A stretch of DNA of 64,000 nucleotides from an uncultured cyanobacterium (GCA_963703315.1 OY969811.1:800001-864000), one strand, 5' to 3'. Counted from the first letter of the stretch, positions 40,900 through 51,688 are shown. Program-made: numbers and translations. The notes: generated from the letters alone by a model not told the origin.

Positions 40900-41925
40900 T
40901 TAGGGAATCAGAGGAATCGTTTTACTACGAGTAAACTGCTCATAGGCGGACTCTAAATTAGTGGAATATAGACCTTTAAATTTGTAGTCTTTGTAAGCAT
41001 CAGGTACTTTTGCAAACTTCTCTAGCACTTGTTCTTTAGTTAAAATCTGAGCTTTCCATTCTAAAGCTGTGCGTTCTAACCAACTGAAATAAGCTTGCTG
41101 AGCTTGTAAACCTGTCACATCAGTGACATCACCATGTCCAGGGACAACCTTCGCCTCAGGATAAGTCGCAATCAAGCGATATAAACTACCTTGCCATTGA
41201 CGAATATCACTGTCACCAGTGTAAGGAATGCGTTTATTAAATACCATATCGCCTGTAAATAGAACTTTGGCATCAGGCACATAGGCAACCAGATCAGTAC
41301 CCGCCGAATGTCCATCTACGCGCTCAATGCGAATTTGGCGATCGCCTAACCAAATGTCAGTTTGGCTATTAATAACCACCGTTGGAGGTGTTACCCCAGC
41401 AGTATTATTTTTGCCATTTTGAATATATTCGCGGATCACGCCACGCCCCATCACAGGAACTTCACGCTTTACAAAGGCAGCATTCCCACCAGTATGATCA
41501 AAGTGGTAATGCGTATTTAGCACATATTTGATCGGCTTATCGGTTAACGATTTCACTGTGGAAATTAATAGTTCAGCTAGTTCAGTTGTTTGGAATGGAT
41601 CGATTACCAATACACCCTCACTACCAATGACAAAACCACCATTGCAAATTGCCACCGCAGGACTCAAGGGAGGAAAGTCAGTGCTAGCAACTAGGGCATA
41701 AATTCCTTGAGCAACTTCTTGCAGTTGTAAGCCAGCAGCTTGCAAACTAGTCGTTTTAACAGATGTCTCTACAGGTTGGGTTTGTGCCTGAATCTGTGGC
41801 TGAGTTTTGGGTTGATTTTGCGACTCCACAGGCATCCAACCAGATCCGAGCATTATTGACAAAATTGTGGCGATCGCCGCCAACATTGATGCCAATAGGT
41901 ATTTAATTTTTAGCTTTTTCTGCAT
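40900..41925 (-). CDS. Secreted MBL-fold metallo-hydrolase
   Basis: THYHFDHTGGN, GHS, FTGD, PGHG motifs; N-terminal signal/TM segment. Confidence 0.9.
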   Translation of the reverse strand: MQKKLKIKYLLASMLAAIATILSIMLGSGWMPVESQNQPKTQPQIQAQTQPVETSVKTTSLQAAGLQLQEVAQGIYALVASTDFPPLSPAVAICNGGFVIGSEGVLVIDPFQTTELAELLISTVKSLTDKPIKYVLNTHYHFDHTGGNAAFVKREVPVMGRGVIREYIQNGKNNTAGVTPPTVVINSQTDIWLGDRQIRIERVDGHSAGTDLVAYVPDAKVLFTGDMVFNKRIPYTGDSDIRQWQGSLYRLIATYPEAKVVPGHGDVTDVTGLQAQQAYFSWLERTALEWKAQILTKEQVLEKFAKVPDAYKDYKFKGLYSTNLESAYEQFTRSKTIPLIP

Positions 41926-42251
41926 CTTAATTCCATTAGAGCTAGATTTTGAAGTTGTTAAGCTTCCAACTTAGTTTAAACCAAATAAAAACTAAAGAGC
42001 ATAGGCTACACTTTGCATCAACCCAAAACCCAAAAGGGAAGTGCGGCGCAAAGCGCCGCACTTCCCTTTTGGGTTTTGAATCCAAGTGGCAACAACTATA
42101 GAACTATGGGCGCAAACAAATAAGATCAAAACCCAAAAAACTAGAGGCTGTGCAAAGCACAGCCTCTAGTTTTTTGGGTTTTGATGTTTGGTATAGTATC
42201 AGACAAGCTTTGTGCTTATCCCCCAACTGAAGGTCATTTCTTAAATTAGAC

Positions 42252-42917
42252 ATGAAAAAGTATTTTTCCCTTGCCGCAGGTTTAGTTTTATTTGCAGTCA
42301 GTGCTTGCTCCCCAGAGGCTCCTGTAGCTAATAAGGCAACACCCTCCACAGCCGCCTCACCTACAGCCAAAGCTTCAGACAAGCCTGCTGATCCGAAAAG
42401 CACCACCGATAATAAATCAGATACCAAATCAGATCCAAAATCTACAGCTAATGCTGCGGGTTGGCAAGATTACAAGTCATCGGCTGGGAAATTTAGCATT
42501 CAAGTACCGAGCAAGCCCCAAGAGCAGTCTCAAGATCAAACAACAGATGTGGGAACCATTAAGCTCAATATGGTGATTGCGGAAGCCAATGATTCAGGAT
42601 ACTTCGTTGGTTATGCTGACTTCCCTAATAAAATCGCTAATCCTGCGGATATTCAAAAGGGTTTAGGGGATTCTGTTAAAGGTTCGGTCGCCAATCTCAA
42701 GGGAGAAATTAAGTCTGAGAAAGAATATTTGTTGGGTGATATTCCTTGTCGTGATTTTGAAGCGGGAGGCAAGGTACAGGCAACCGATGTATCGATGAAG
42801 GGGCGTTTCTGTCTAGCTGATAACCGTCTGTATCAAGTGTTTGCACTAGGTGCTAAAGATAAGATTTCCAATACGGATGTCGATCGCTTTATTAACTCTT
42901 TCAAAATTGAAAAATAG
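42252..42917 (+). CDS. Hypothetical lipoprotein
   Basis: Lipobox VSAC, low-complexity linker, GKFSIQVP...FINSFKI. Confidence 0.75.
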   Translation: MKKYFSLAAGLVLFAVSACSPEAPVANKATPSTAASPTAKASDKPADPKSTTDNKSDTKSDPKSTANAAGWQDYKSSAGKFSIQVPSKPQEQSQDQTTDVGTIKLNMVIAEANDSGYFVGYADFPNKIANPADIQKGLGDSVKGSVANLKGEIKSEKEYLLGDIPCRDFEAGGKVQATDVSMKGRFCLADNRLYQVFALGAKDKISNTDVDRFINSFKIEK

Positions 42918-42955
42918 TTAACAACCCATTCATAGAGTAGCGGTGCGAAGCGCCG

Positions 42956-43831
42956 CTACTCTAGTTCTTCTTCGTGAGTAAGCCAATTACACAAAGCTAA
43001 CAATATCGATACGGCTACAACTGAAAATATTTGAGAGCCATCGCCATCGTGCCAATACTTAAATACATCGAGTTGCTTAGAAATGATCACCAACAAAGCT
43101 ACTCGCAAAGAATTGACGATAAAGGCGATCGCGATCGCGGAAGGGAAGAGAATCCACTGATGAAATCTCGATACGGGAAAGACTAAGACAAACATCAAAG
43201 TAATTCGTAGCAGCATAAAGATCGGCGGTAAACCTGCACAACCACGCGCCACTTCTACGGCTCCAAATTGACTGATGATCGTCACTCCCTGCTGCGTAAC
43301 ATTGACACCGCCGTACCATAATGCCGAATTAGCAAACTGAGCCGTAAAGGTATTGACAGGAATTACTTTTTCGATCGCCGCAAATAAGAAAGGAATGGGA
43401 ATTCCTAAAGTACCTGATAAGAGAATCGCTTGCCAATACTGTTTTAATCCTTTCCAGCCTGAAGCAATAAGCGCGATACCCACCGTTGCCATCACAGGCG
43501 TGAGGATAAACAAAATATCGTTAATGCGTCGAGTCAAAAGACTTTTAATCAGTACCCAAATGATTAGCAATGCGCCAACCGCGATCGCCGAAGGTGTACT
43601 CTCAAATTTGAGGTAGTGACGATTGCGAATAACTAATAAAACGGCAACTGCCCAAGTTAAAAGCTGAATCGCAAAATCATCAATACTATCTCCCAGTCGC
43701 CCGATCAGAGTTAAGTTAATCGCAATGAGACTGACCCATGTTACTAATAACCAAAATTCTAATTTACTAGTCGCTTTGTGCAGATCACTTTGTAAATGAT
43801 GGAAGTCACCGCGCAAAATATGATTGAGCAT
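42956..43831 (-). CDS. Cyanoexosortase A-like exosortase
   Basis: Multi-TM; catalytic Cys/Arg/His context VEVARGCAG, NSLRV, YWHDGDGSQIF. Confidence 0.85.
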   Translation of the reverse strand: MLNHILRGDFHHLQSDLHKATSKLEFWLLVTWVSLIAINLTLIGRLGDSIDDFAIQLLTWAVAVLLVIRNRHYLKFESTPSAIAVGALLIIWVLIKSLLTRRINDILFILTPVMATVGIALIASGWKGLKQYWQAILLSGTLGIPIPFLFAAIEKVIPVNTFTAQFANSALWYGGVNVTQQGVTIISQFGAVEVARGCAGLPPIFMLLRITLMFVLVFPVSRFHQWILFPSAIAIAFIVNSLRVALLVIISKQLDVFKYWHDGDGSQIFSVVAVSILLALCNWLTHEEELE

Positions 43832-43883
43832 AGCTTACTAAACAAAAATAAAGGCGACACAAAGTGTCGCCTTTATTTTATAG

Positions 43884-44507
43884 CTAAAGAATATAGAGTA
43901 GTAAAAATAAGACAATCCAGACAATATCGACAAAGTGCCAATATACAGAGGCGGCTTCGATGCCAAAATGACTAGTGCTGCTGTAATGCCCAGTTTTGAG
44001 CGATCGCACTAATACTGTGGCAATCAGCGACAAGCCAATAATTACGTGCAGACCATGAAAGCCTGTTAACACATAAAAAGTGCTAGCAAAAAGATTTGTA
44101 GTTAGTCCAAATTCTAAATGCTGATACTCATATATTTGTCCAGCAATGAAGATCGCGCCCATGATAAATGTGGCGAGAAACCATAGCTGAGCCGCTTTGA
44201 CTTTATTTTCTTTGATGGCACTATCAGCTTGATGAATCACAAAACTGCTGGATACCAGAATAATTGTATTAATCCCTGGTAAAAGCAGTTCGAGTTCGGG
44301 CGTGCCTTCGGGGGGCCAAGATGTGGCAACGGAGCGAAAAGTCAAATAAGCAGCAAACAAACCAAAAAATAGCATTCCTTCAGAAATCAGGAAGACAATC
44401 AAGCCAAAAACTCGTAAATCTGGATGTTCGGCATGACCTGCTTCGACAGCATGATCAAGGGCAATATCTGGGTTTGTAGCAGTAACTGGAGCGATCGATC
44501 CTTGCAT
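43884..44507 (-). CDS. ctaE: Cytochrome c oxidase subunit III
   Basis: FLISE, TGFHGLHV, YWHFVD. Confidence 0.97.
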   Translation of the reverse strand: MQGSIAPVTATNPDIALDHAVEAGHAEHPDLRVFGLIVFLISEGMLFFGLFAAYLTFRSVATSWPPEGTPELELLLPGINTIILVSSSFVIHQADSAIKENKVKAAQLWFLATFIMGAIFIAGQIYEYQHLEFGLTTNLFASTFYVLTGFHGLHVIIGLSLIATVLVRSLKTGHYSSTSHFGIEAASVYWHFVDIVWIVLFLLLYIL

Positions 44508-44552
44508 AGGTAAATGTTTGGATAAATGAACTGGAGAAAAATTTGAAGTTTT

Positions 44553-44582
44553 GATGCGTTACGCTGCGCTAACGCATCCTAC
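44553..44582 (-). repeat. Single GTAG-type REP element
   Basis: Minus strand GTAGGATGCGTTAGCGCAGCGTAACGCATC. Confidence 0.75.
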
Positions 44583-44595
44583 ATAGAATTTAAGA

Positions 44596-46260
44596 TTAAG
44601 CTGCGGATTGTGAAGCCGCGATCGCCTCTTTACGAGCCTCTTTATATTCTTCACCGTAGTCATAGGGACCGTTTAATAAAACAGGCTCACCAACCCAGTT
44701 ATGGGGAATTGGTGGTGAAGAGGTTGTCCATTCTAGAGTCAAGGCATTCCAAGGGTTATCAGGTGCTTGTTCGCCCTTAAACCAACTATAGACAGCATTG
44801 ATTACAAAAGGAACTGTAGAAATCGCCAGAATAAATGCGCCGATGGTGCAAATCACATTGATCGGTGCAAATTGCGGATCGTACTGAGCCACGCGGCGCG
44901 GCATACCTTGCAAACCCAGAATATGCATCGGACCAAAGGTTAAATGCATTCCGATAAAGGTCAGCACAAAATGCACCTTGCCCCAAAATTCGTTCAACAT
45001 CCGACCTGTCATTTTCGGGAACCAGTGATATAGCCCCGCGTAAATACCGAATACGCTGCCACCAAAGAGGACGTAATGGAAGTGAGCAACTACGAAATAG
45101 GTATCGTGAACGTGGATATCAATCGGAGCCGAGCCAAGCATAACCCCGCTCAATCCACCGATGAGGAAGGTGGAGATAAAGCCCATCGCAAATAACAAAG
45201 GACTCTCTAAGCGTAACTTACCACCCCACAGCGTCGCTACCCAACTAAATACCTTGATTCCCGTTGGCACTGCAACTAGCAAAGTCGCCACCATGAAGAA
45301 CACGCGCAACCAGTCAGGTGTGCCGCTAGTAAACATATGGTGCGCCCACACAAACAAGCCCAAAGCACAAATCATCATGCTGGAATAGGCGATCGCTTTG
45401 TACCCAAAAATTGGCTTGCGGCTATGGGGAGGCAAAACTTCAGAGATGATGCCAAATACGGGTAGCACCATCACATAGACGGCAGGGTGCGAGTAAAACC
45501 AGAATAAGTGCTGATAGACAACGGGATCACCGCCGCCTGTGGGGTTAAAGAAGTTTGTACCGATCAATAAATCAAACCCTAGTAGCACCATTGCGCCAGC
45601 TAAGACTGGCGTTGCCAAAAGAGCAAGTACTGAGGTTGCCATCATCGCCCAACAAAATAGGGGCATACTGAACAGATCCATTTCAGGCATCCGCATCGCC
45701 CAGATTGTGACAATGAAATTCACTGCCGCCAAAATCGATGAGGTTCCTACTAAAAGGATGCTGCCAATCCAAATTGCTTGACCAACGTGTTCATTGGTCA
45801 AAATGCTCAAAGGTGGATAGGCTGTCCAACCTGTTGAGGCAGGACCAAAAAAGAAGCTGCTCATGAGTAACAATCCCGCAGGAATCGTCAACCAAAAGGC
45901 GATCGCATTCAATTTAGGAAAAGCCATGTCACGCGCCCCAATCATCAAGGGGATTAGGTAGTTCCCAAAACCACCCGTCACCGCAGGCACGATCCACAAA
46001 AAGATCATCACCGTGCCATGCATGGTAAACAGGCTGTTATAAAAAGCGGGATCGACTAGATCGGAATCTGGCGTGGCAAGTTCTGCCCGCACAACCGAGG
46101 CAAGCGCCCCACCGACTAAATAAAATACAAAAGATGTAACGAGATATTGAATCCCAATAATCTTGTGATCGACGCTAAAGGTGAAAAATTCCCACCAAAG
46201 AGTTTTTTGGGGTTCTAGTCCCGCGCCCGAATTTTCGGTTGGGATAAGGGTTTGAGTCAT
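44596..46260 (-). CDS. ctaD: Cytochrome c oxidase subunit I
   Basis: DHKIIG, HGTVMIF, WFYSHPAVY, WAHHMF, VVAHFHY. Confidence 0.98.
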   Translation of the reverse strand: MTQTLIPTENSGAGLEPQKTLWWEFFTFSVDHKIIGIQYLVTSFVFYLVGGALASVVRAELATPDSDLVDPAFYNSLFTMHGTVMIFLWIVPAVTGGFGNYLIPLMIGARDMAFPKLNAIAFWLTIPAGLLLMSSFFFGPASTGWTAYPPLSILTNEHVGQAIWIGSILLVGTSSILAAVNFIVTIWAMRMPEMDLFSMPLFCWAMMATSVLALLATPVLAGAMVLLGFDLLIGTNFFNPTGGGDPVVYQHLFWFYSHPAVYVMVLPVFGIISEVLPPHSRKPIFGYKAIAYSSMMICALGLFVWAHHMFTSGTPDWLRVFFMVATLLVAVPTGIKVFSWVATLWGGKLRLESPLLFAMGFISTFLIGGLSGVMLGSAPIDIHVHDTYFVVAHFHYVLFGGSVFGIYAGLYHWFPKMTGRMLNEFWGKVHFVLTFIGMHLTFGPMHILGLQGMPRRVAQYDPQFAPINVICTIGAFILAISTVPFVINAVYSWFKGEQAPDNPWNALTLEWTTSSPPIPHNWVGEPVLLNGPYDYGEEYKEARKEAIAASQSAA

Positions 46261-46324
46261 AGGAGAATGTTTGTAAGATAAGTGCTGTTTTGGTATTTAT
46301 CAATCTGGACTTAGCCACATTGAT

Positions 46325-47308
46325 TTAATGGTTCATCATCATGTGTTGATGCTCGCCGCCGAGTTGAGCAACTTTGCCTGCTAAATATTCTTGTTCAGAC
46401 ATTTGCGATACTGACGAGCTTGAGTTTGTAGCCACGATCGCTTCAGGATCGTTACTAGCAATTTCTTGCTGCTCCTTTAACCATGCTTGATAGTCTTCAG
46501 GGGTATCGATTACCATCGTGGTACGCATACCACCATGATAAGAGCCACATAACTCAGCACAGACTACAGGATATTCGCCAACCACACGCGGCGTAAATTC
46601 GAGATAGGTTTCACGTCCAGGAATCACATCTTGTTTGATCCGTAATTGAGGAACCCAAAAAGCATGAAGTACATCAACAGCATTCATGTTGAGGCGAATC
46701 TTTTTACCAACAGGGACATGGAGTTCAGCAGTTGCGATTTCGTCGGTATAGTTAAAAATCCATGCAAACTGCATTGCGCTAACATTAATCGCGACAACAT
46801 CATCACTACCAGCAGGCAATGTACCTGCCATTAGCACGCCGTCACTATTTGATGAGGCAAGAGTTGCTTTTGACATTGGCATTCCCCCTCTTTCATGATT
46901 AGCATTGGCAACAGTTTGATGCATTCCGCCATGAGCCATGCCACCAAGATCCTGTGTGCCTTGCATCGCGGTGTATACGTCAAAGCTATAAATGGCTACC
47001 CACATCACAATCACCGTGGGGATAGCTGTCCAAACGATTTCAAGGCTCAAGTTTTCATGAATGGCGGGACCATCGGTGTCATCACCCTTACGCCGCCGAA
47101 ACTTGATGATCGAATAGATCAATACGCCTTCAACAATCAGGAAAAATCCAAAGGCGATCGCTAAGATCGTATTAAAAAGTCCATCATATAAAACGGCTTC
47201 GTCACCTGCGGCAACTGGTAGTAAGCCATTATTGCGACCGTACCAAATGCTAGCCGCAAAAATCAGCCCAATGATTACGACCACTGAAATTAAGTTGTTT
47301 TTTTTCAT
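46325..47308 (-). CDS. ctaC: Cytochrome c oxidase subunit II
   Basis: LEIVWTAIP, DVLHAFW, CuA motif CAELCGSYHGGM. Confidence 0.97.
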   Translation of the reverse strand: MKKNNLISVVVIIGLIFAASIWYGRNNGLLPVAAGDEAVLYDGLFNTILAIAFGFFLIVEGVLIYSIIKFRRRKGDDTDGPAIHENLSLEIVWTAIPTVIVMWVAIYSFDVYTAMQGTQDLGGMAHGGMHQTVANANHERGGMPMSKATLASSNSDGVLMAGTLPAGSDDVVAINVSAMQFAWIFNYTDEIATAELHVPVGKKIRLNMNAVDVLHAFWVPQLRIKQDVIPGRETYLEFTPRVVGEYPVVCAELCGSYHGGMRTTMVIDTPEDYQAWLKEQQEIASNDPEAIVATNSSSSVSQMSEQEYLAGKVAQLGGEHQHMMMNH

Positions 47309-47563
47309 GACTTAGGTTGCCCTATCTTGCTGCTCCTATAAAGTGGATCTGGGTCAATTGGAGCTTACTAGCAGCTCATTTTCTAAATCAGGACAGATTG
47401 ACATAATCTCTATCTTGCATCTATTTCTAGAATGAGGGGCAATTGTTTGTAATCTTTTAGCAATTTCTTTGGGATCGCTGTAAAAATTAAGTATAAAACC
47501 CTAAAACTTGTAGCGCACAGCGTGCGCTACAAGTTTTAGGGTTTTAATTACGTCGAGGGACTT

Positions 47564-48058
47564 ATGGAAGATCATCAGAATTTTCTTTATGAATATACTA
47601 AGTTTTGCTTAGAGCAAGCACAGCATGGAGTGGACAATCTGGGTACAAAACTGGCTGGGGTAATGGAAATTAGTGCCTTGTTGTTACTGGGTTTGCGAGT
47701 TACCTCCACCTTTCAAATCTATGTTAAGCCCGAACAAGCCCATTTCTACTTTCTCTATCTGAGTCTCAAACTTTCAGCTTGTGTGGCTCTGGCGATCGCG
47801 ATCGCCTTTGCCGTATGGGGATTATATCCTCGCAAAGTTATGGCAACTGGGCTTTCGCCTGAAGTATTGATGCAAAATAGCGGTAGTTTGCAAACAGCGA
47901 TCGCGCAGACATGGATGCAACAAATTGATGACCTGCAAGCCTATAAAGAAGCACGTACGGTATTTTTGCGTAAGGCAATGATTTCATTAGGTATTGGCAT
48001 TGCGATCGCAACTTTTGCGACTACTGATGCTTTTTTCATGGCAATATCAGGACATTAA
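47564..48058 (+). CDS. Hypothetical membrane protein (about 3 TM)
   Basis: 164-aa ORF with three hydrophobic segments. Confidence 0.65.
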   Translation: MEDHQNFLYEYTKFCLEQAQHGVDNLGTKLAGVMEISALLLLGLRVTSTFQIYVKPEQAHFYFLYLSLKLSACVALAIAIAFAVWGLYPRKVMATGLSPEVLMQNSGSLQTAIAQTWMQQIDDLQAYKEARTVFLRKAMISLGIGIAIATFATTDAFFMAISGH

Positions 48059-48149
48059 GATCAGAAAGAGCCGCGCCAAAGGGGCAGGTCTTTCGGAAAC
48101 TGCAAATTTTAGATATTTTTAGATATTTATTGAAGATCAATCTAAGCCT

Positions 48150-49556
48150 ATGTTGACTACTTTTTTAATGTCTGTACTGACAACCACCTCAGTTTCGCCG
48201 CATCCAAATGTTGTTACCACTCCCAATTTAGGGAATAAAGTTGCTCAAGCTGCTAATCAAAGACAAATTATTTTAGATCGCCAAGAAATGCGTCCACTCA
48301 TGGGTAAGTTGGACGAAGTACCGATGTTTAACAGCAATAGCCCTGAAATTGTGCAAACAGAAGGAATTTTGCTATCGGCTTTTCCTCCTCAAGGTATGGC
48401 ATATCCAAAGGCGCATTTAAACTTTCCCTTTCAAGGACGTTTTGATCTGTTCACGCACCATATTTCTAAAGCACCACCACCAACAGATTTACGGACTTTA
48501 TATATTGGGGCGATCGCCTATAACCCCACCGATAAACCTGTAACTATTGATATTCTTCAAGGGGCAAGCTATCTTAGTCAGCCCGATGCGCCATTTTATG
48601 AAGCACCTAATTACTCCTTAAATAACAATGGGGAAACCTATCGTGGACCGGGCGATCGCGCCATGCTCGACATTTTGCGTGGTCGTCGTCAAGATATCTT
48701 CCCTGCTCAGATTATCATTTCGCCTAAACAAAGCCGAATGCTGATGAATGTGCCAATTCCCGTTAAGGAATTAGATCCACCCTTAAATGGGCGATCGGGC
48801 TTATCGCGTTTACGCAGTGATGGCAAAGTTTACGTGGCGACTCTGGCTCTTTATGCTCGTCTTAATGCTGATGGAACCGAACGCGCTCCTAATCTTGAAG
48901 AATGGGAAAACATTCTCAAAAATGGTGAGCTAGCTAAACCTCGCGATGTTGTGCCTACGCCTCCAGATTTAACGGAAGGAGCCTTTGAATATAGCCGTGT
49001 GGCTGGTATTCAGCTTGGTTCGCAGTGGTTTGGGAACTTAACCGATAAGGATAGTAATGACTTAGCAATTCCCCAACGAGGCGAATCCTATTCCTACGGC
49101 TTGAGTCTGCTGCAATACGGCACGATGGGAACGGGACAGGTACAAACAGCACCGCTAAAAGTGCGCTATCCAGACACTGCCTATTCTGCTCATGGTAATT
49201 ATGGTGTGCAGTACAACCTAACGCTGCCTTTACATAACTCCACTAACGAAACGCAAACCGTCGTTCTCTCTTTCCAAAATCCAATCAAATACGATAAACC
49301 CGTTGGCGGCTTGCAATTCTTTGAACCTTTACCCGATGATGTATTTTTCCGAGGTTCGGTGCGGGTAAGATTTCGGGATGACAGAGGGTTAGCGCAAACC
49401 CGTTATGTACATCTGATGATGAAGCGCGGCGAACGGGGTAAGTCTTTGGTTACGCTCACGATGCCACCAAGCGATCGCCGTGTTGTCCAGTTTGATTTTC
49501 TCTATCCTGCGGATGCCACACCACCACAGGTTTTGACAGTAACGACTACACCATAA
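48150..49556 (+). CDS. DUF3370-like cyanobacterial protein
   Basis: VPMFNSNSPE..EGILLS, YSAHGNYGV, YPADATPPQVLTV. Confidence 0.8.
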   Translation: MLTTFLMSVLTTTSVSPHPNVVTTPNLGNKVAQAANQRQIILDRQEMRPLMGKLDEVPMFNSNSPEIVQTEGILLSAFPPQGMAYPKAHLNFPFQGRFDLFTHHISKAPPPTDLRTLYIGAIAYNPTDKPVTIDILQGASYLSQPDAPFYEAPNYSLNNNGETYRGPGDRAMLDILRGRRQDIFPAQIIISPKQSRMLMNVPIPVKELDPPLNGRSGLSRLRSDGKVYVATLALYARLNADGTERAPNLEEWENILKNGELAKPRDVVPTPPDLTEGAFEYSRVAGIQLGSQWFGNLTDKDSNDLAIPQRGESYSYGLSLLQYGTMGTGQVQTAPLKVRYPDTAYSAHGNYGVQYNLTLPLHNSTNETQTVVLSFQNPIKYDKPVGGLQFFEPLPDDVFFRGSVRVRFRDDRGLAQTRYVHLMMKRGERGKSLVTLTMPPSDRRVVQFDFLYPADATPPQVLTVTTTP

Positions 49557-49646
49557 ATTAGCGATCGTTTAGAATATTCTCAAACCTTTATAATTACTAA
49601 GTGGTGTTTATCATAAATATCACTTGGTAAACCTATATAAAAAACA

Positions 49647-50987
49647 ATGAAAATAAATTGGCTATCAATAAAAGATTTTCGTGGATTTAGAGATTGCGGA
49701 ATCACTTTTCCTAATAACTCTAATATTGTTGTGTTTATCGGTATAAATGGAGCGGGGAAATCCGCAATTTTAGAAGCGATTAGTATTTTATTAAATGTAT
49801 TAGTTAAAGATATTTGTTCTCAAAAAAGAACTTCTCCTTTATCATATAAAGAACTTAGTTCAGACGACATAAATTTAAATGCAAAAAGCTATCGACTTGA
49901 TATGATCTTTTCTAGCCAAGTTAAGAATTATCAGGTTTTTAGAGATAAGGATTTAGGAGATAAGTATAATATTACATTAGTCTATAAACAGAATCGTATC
50001 GATGGAACTTATAGAGACTTTGTGAAAAATATTAAATCTTCAATTTTAGAGTCTGAACTTGAATTATTAGATTTACCGATATTTATTTATTACTCGATTA
50101 ATCGTAATGTTGTAGACAACACGAAAAATGGTAAACCTAAACAGATAAACAAATATCAAGAACCTCAATATTTAGCATATGAGAATGCTTTTGCTAGTCA
50201 TGTAAACTCATTTAATGAATTTGTGCAATGGTTTAAGACGGAAGAAGATTTTGAGAATCAACTTCAAAAAGACCATAAAGATTTTGATTATCGTAATAGA
50301 AGACTAGAAGTTATTAGATATGCTATTAACAAGTTTCTAAATTTATTTGATTTTGCAAAATTTTCTGATTTAAAAATAGAAAGAGAACGAACTATTAACT
50401 ATCCTATTAGTCTTAGTCAAGAATCTATTGTAAGTTCTCTGACTATTGATAAGGATGGGCAAAGATTTAAGTTTTCACAGCTTTCATCGGGTGAAAAAAT
50501 GATGCTGTCTTTGGTTGTGGATATTGCGAGGAGATTAGCGATCGCTAATCCAAGCTTAGAAAATAAATTAGAAGGTGAAGGCATTGTATTAGTTGATGAA
50601 ATCGATCTACATTTGCATCCACAATGGCAACGTAAACTTCTACCCGCACTTACGCATACTTTCCCAAATATTCAATTTATTGTCACGACACATTCACCAC
50701 AAGTTTTAAGTCATTTGCCTAAAGAAAGTGTCTTTTTACTAGAAGACAATAAAATTAGCGATCGGGAAATTTATACAGAAGGACGCGATAGTAATTCTAT
50801 TCTACTCGATGCTTTTCATGTCCCCGAAGTTGACAAGGAATATGAAGTGGAAATCAAAGAAATATATGACTTGATCAGTAACTATGATTCAGAAAATGCA
50901 CAGCATAAACTGGAAAAACTTAAAGAAAAGCGTGGAGAATATGATCGCGAAATAATGCGAATGCAATCATATATTGATATTTTATGA
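49647..50987 (+). CDS. ABC-type (AAA_21/PtuA-like) ATPase of a putative defence module
   Basis: GINGAGKS, LSSGEK, VLVDEIDLHLHPQWQ, QFIVTTHSPQV; AT-rich. Confidence 0.85.
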   Translation: MKINWLSIKDFRGFRDCGITFPNNSNIVVFIGINGAGKSAILEAISILLNVLVKDICSQKRTSPLSYKELSSDDINLNAKSYRLDMIFSSQVKNYQVFRDKDLGDKYNITLVYKQNRIDGTYRDFVKNIKSSILESELELLDLPIFIYYSINRNVVDNTKNGKPKQINKYQEPQYLAYENAFASHVNSFNEFVQWFKTEEDFENQLQKDHKDFDYRNRRLEVIRYAINKFLNLFDFAKFSDLKIERERTINYPISLSQESIVSSLTIDKDGQRFKFSQLSSGEKMMLSLVVDIARRLAIANPSLENKLEGEGIVLVDEIDLHLHPQWQRKLLPALTHTFPNIQFIVTTHSPQVLSHLPKESVFLLEDNKISDREIYTEGRDSNSILLDAFHVPEVDKEYEVEIKEIYDLISNYDSENAQHKLEKLKEKRGEYDREIMRMQSYIDIL

Positions 50988-51688
50988 AATATATTAAGAA
51001 GAAAAAGGAGCCTAAATCATTAACTGATCAACGTAATACTGAAGGCTCTATCTACGAGTGCGCTCAGCTTGATTGGCAAAAACAATTACTTAATGAACAG
51101 GGTTATCTTTGCGCTTACTGCATGAGACCCATTAGTTTAGATCGTAAAAATGAAAAGCCATGCATGGAAATTGAGCATTACCTATCCAGATATTTATGTA
51201 AACAAAGAAAGCTTGATTTAGGATTGCGGTGGCAAAATATGCTAGGTGTTTGCAATGGAATATCTGGCTCAGAATTCCATTGTGATAAGACCAAAGGAAA
51301 TAAAGGTAAAGCTAATGGAAAAGCTGAACTTAATATACTAAATCCTCTAAATGTTCAAACATCAGAAGAAATAATTACCTATACGCCACTAGGACAAATA
51401 ATACCAAACACACACAATACAGCTTTGAAAGAAAAAATAATTGAGGATTTAAATAGCATACTTAATCTAAATAATGAAAATCTAAGACTAGCTCGAAAAG
51501 ATGCAATGGATAGAGCTAAAGAATTTTTAATAAAAAATAATCCGATTGGCACTTGGGGAGTTAAAGAAATTGATAAGGAAATTGTTAATTGGAAAAGTAA
51601 AACAAAAGATGGTAGATATAGGGCATATTGTCAAGCTGCTATTTGGTTCTTAGAGTATCTCAAATCTAAGCCTATTCATAAATCATAA
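50984..51688 (+). CDS. HNH endonuclease (TIGR02646/PtuB-like)
   Basis: EQGYLCAYCM, IEHY, WQNMLGVC, HCD..K, LNLN..L..AR; ATGA overlap with the ATPase gene. Confidence 0.8.
   Translation: MKYIKKKKEPKSLTDQRNTEGSIYECAQLDWQKQLLNEQGYLCAYCMRPISLDRKNEKPCMEIEHYLSRYLCKQRKLDLGLRWQNMLGVCNGISGSEFHCDKTKGNKGKANGKAELNILNPLNVQTSEEIITYTPLGQIIPNTHNTALKEKIIEDLNSILNLNNENLRLARKDAMDRAKEFLIKNNPIGTWGVKEIDKEIVNWKSKTKDGRYRAYCQAAIWFLEYLKSKPIHKS

Noticed and set aside
49557..49646. Retron ncRNA upstream of the ATPase/HNH pair
   Set aside because: Only 90 bp with one AT-rich imperfect hairpin, and no reverse transcriptase in the window.
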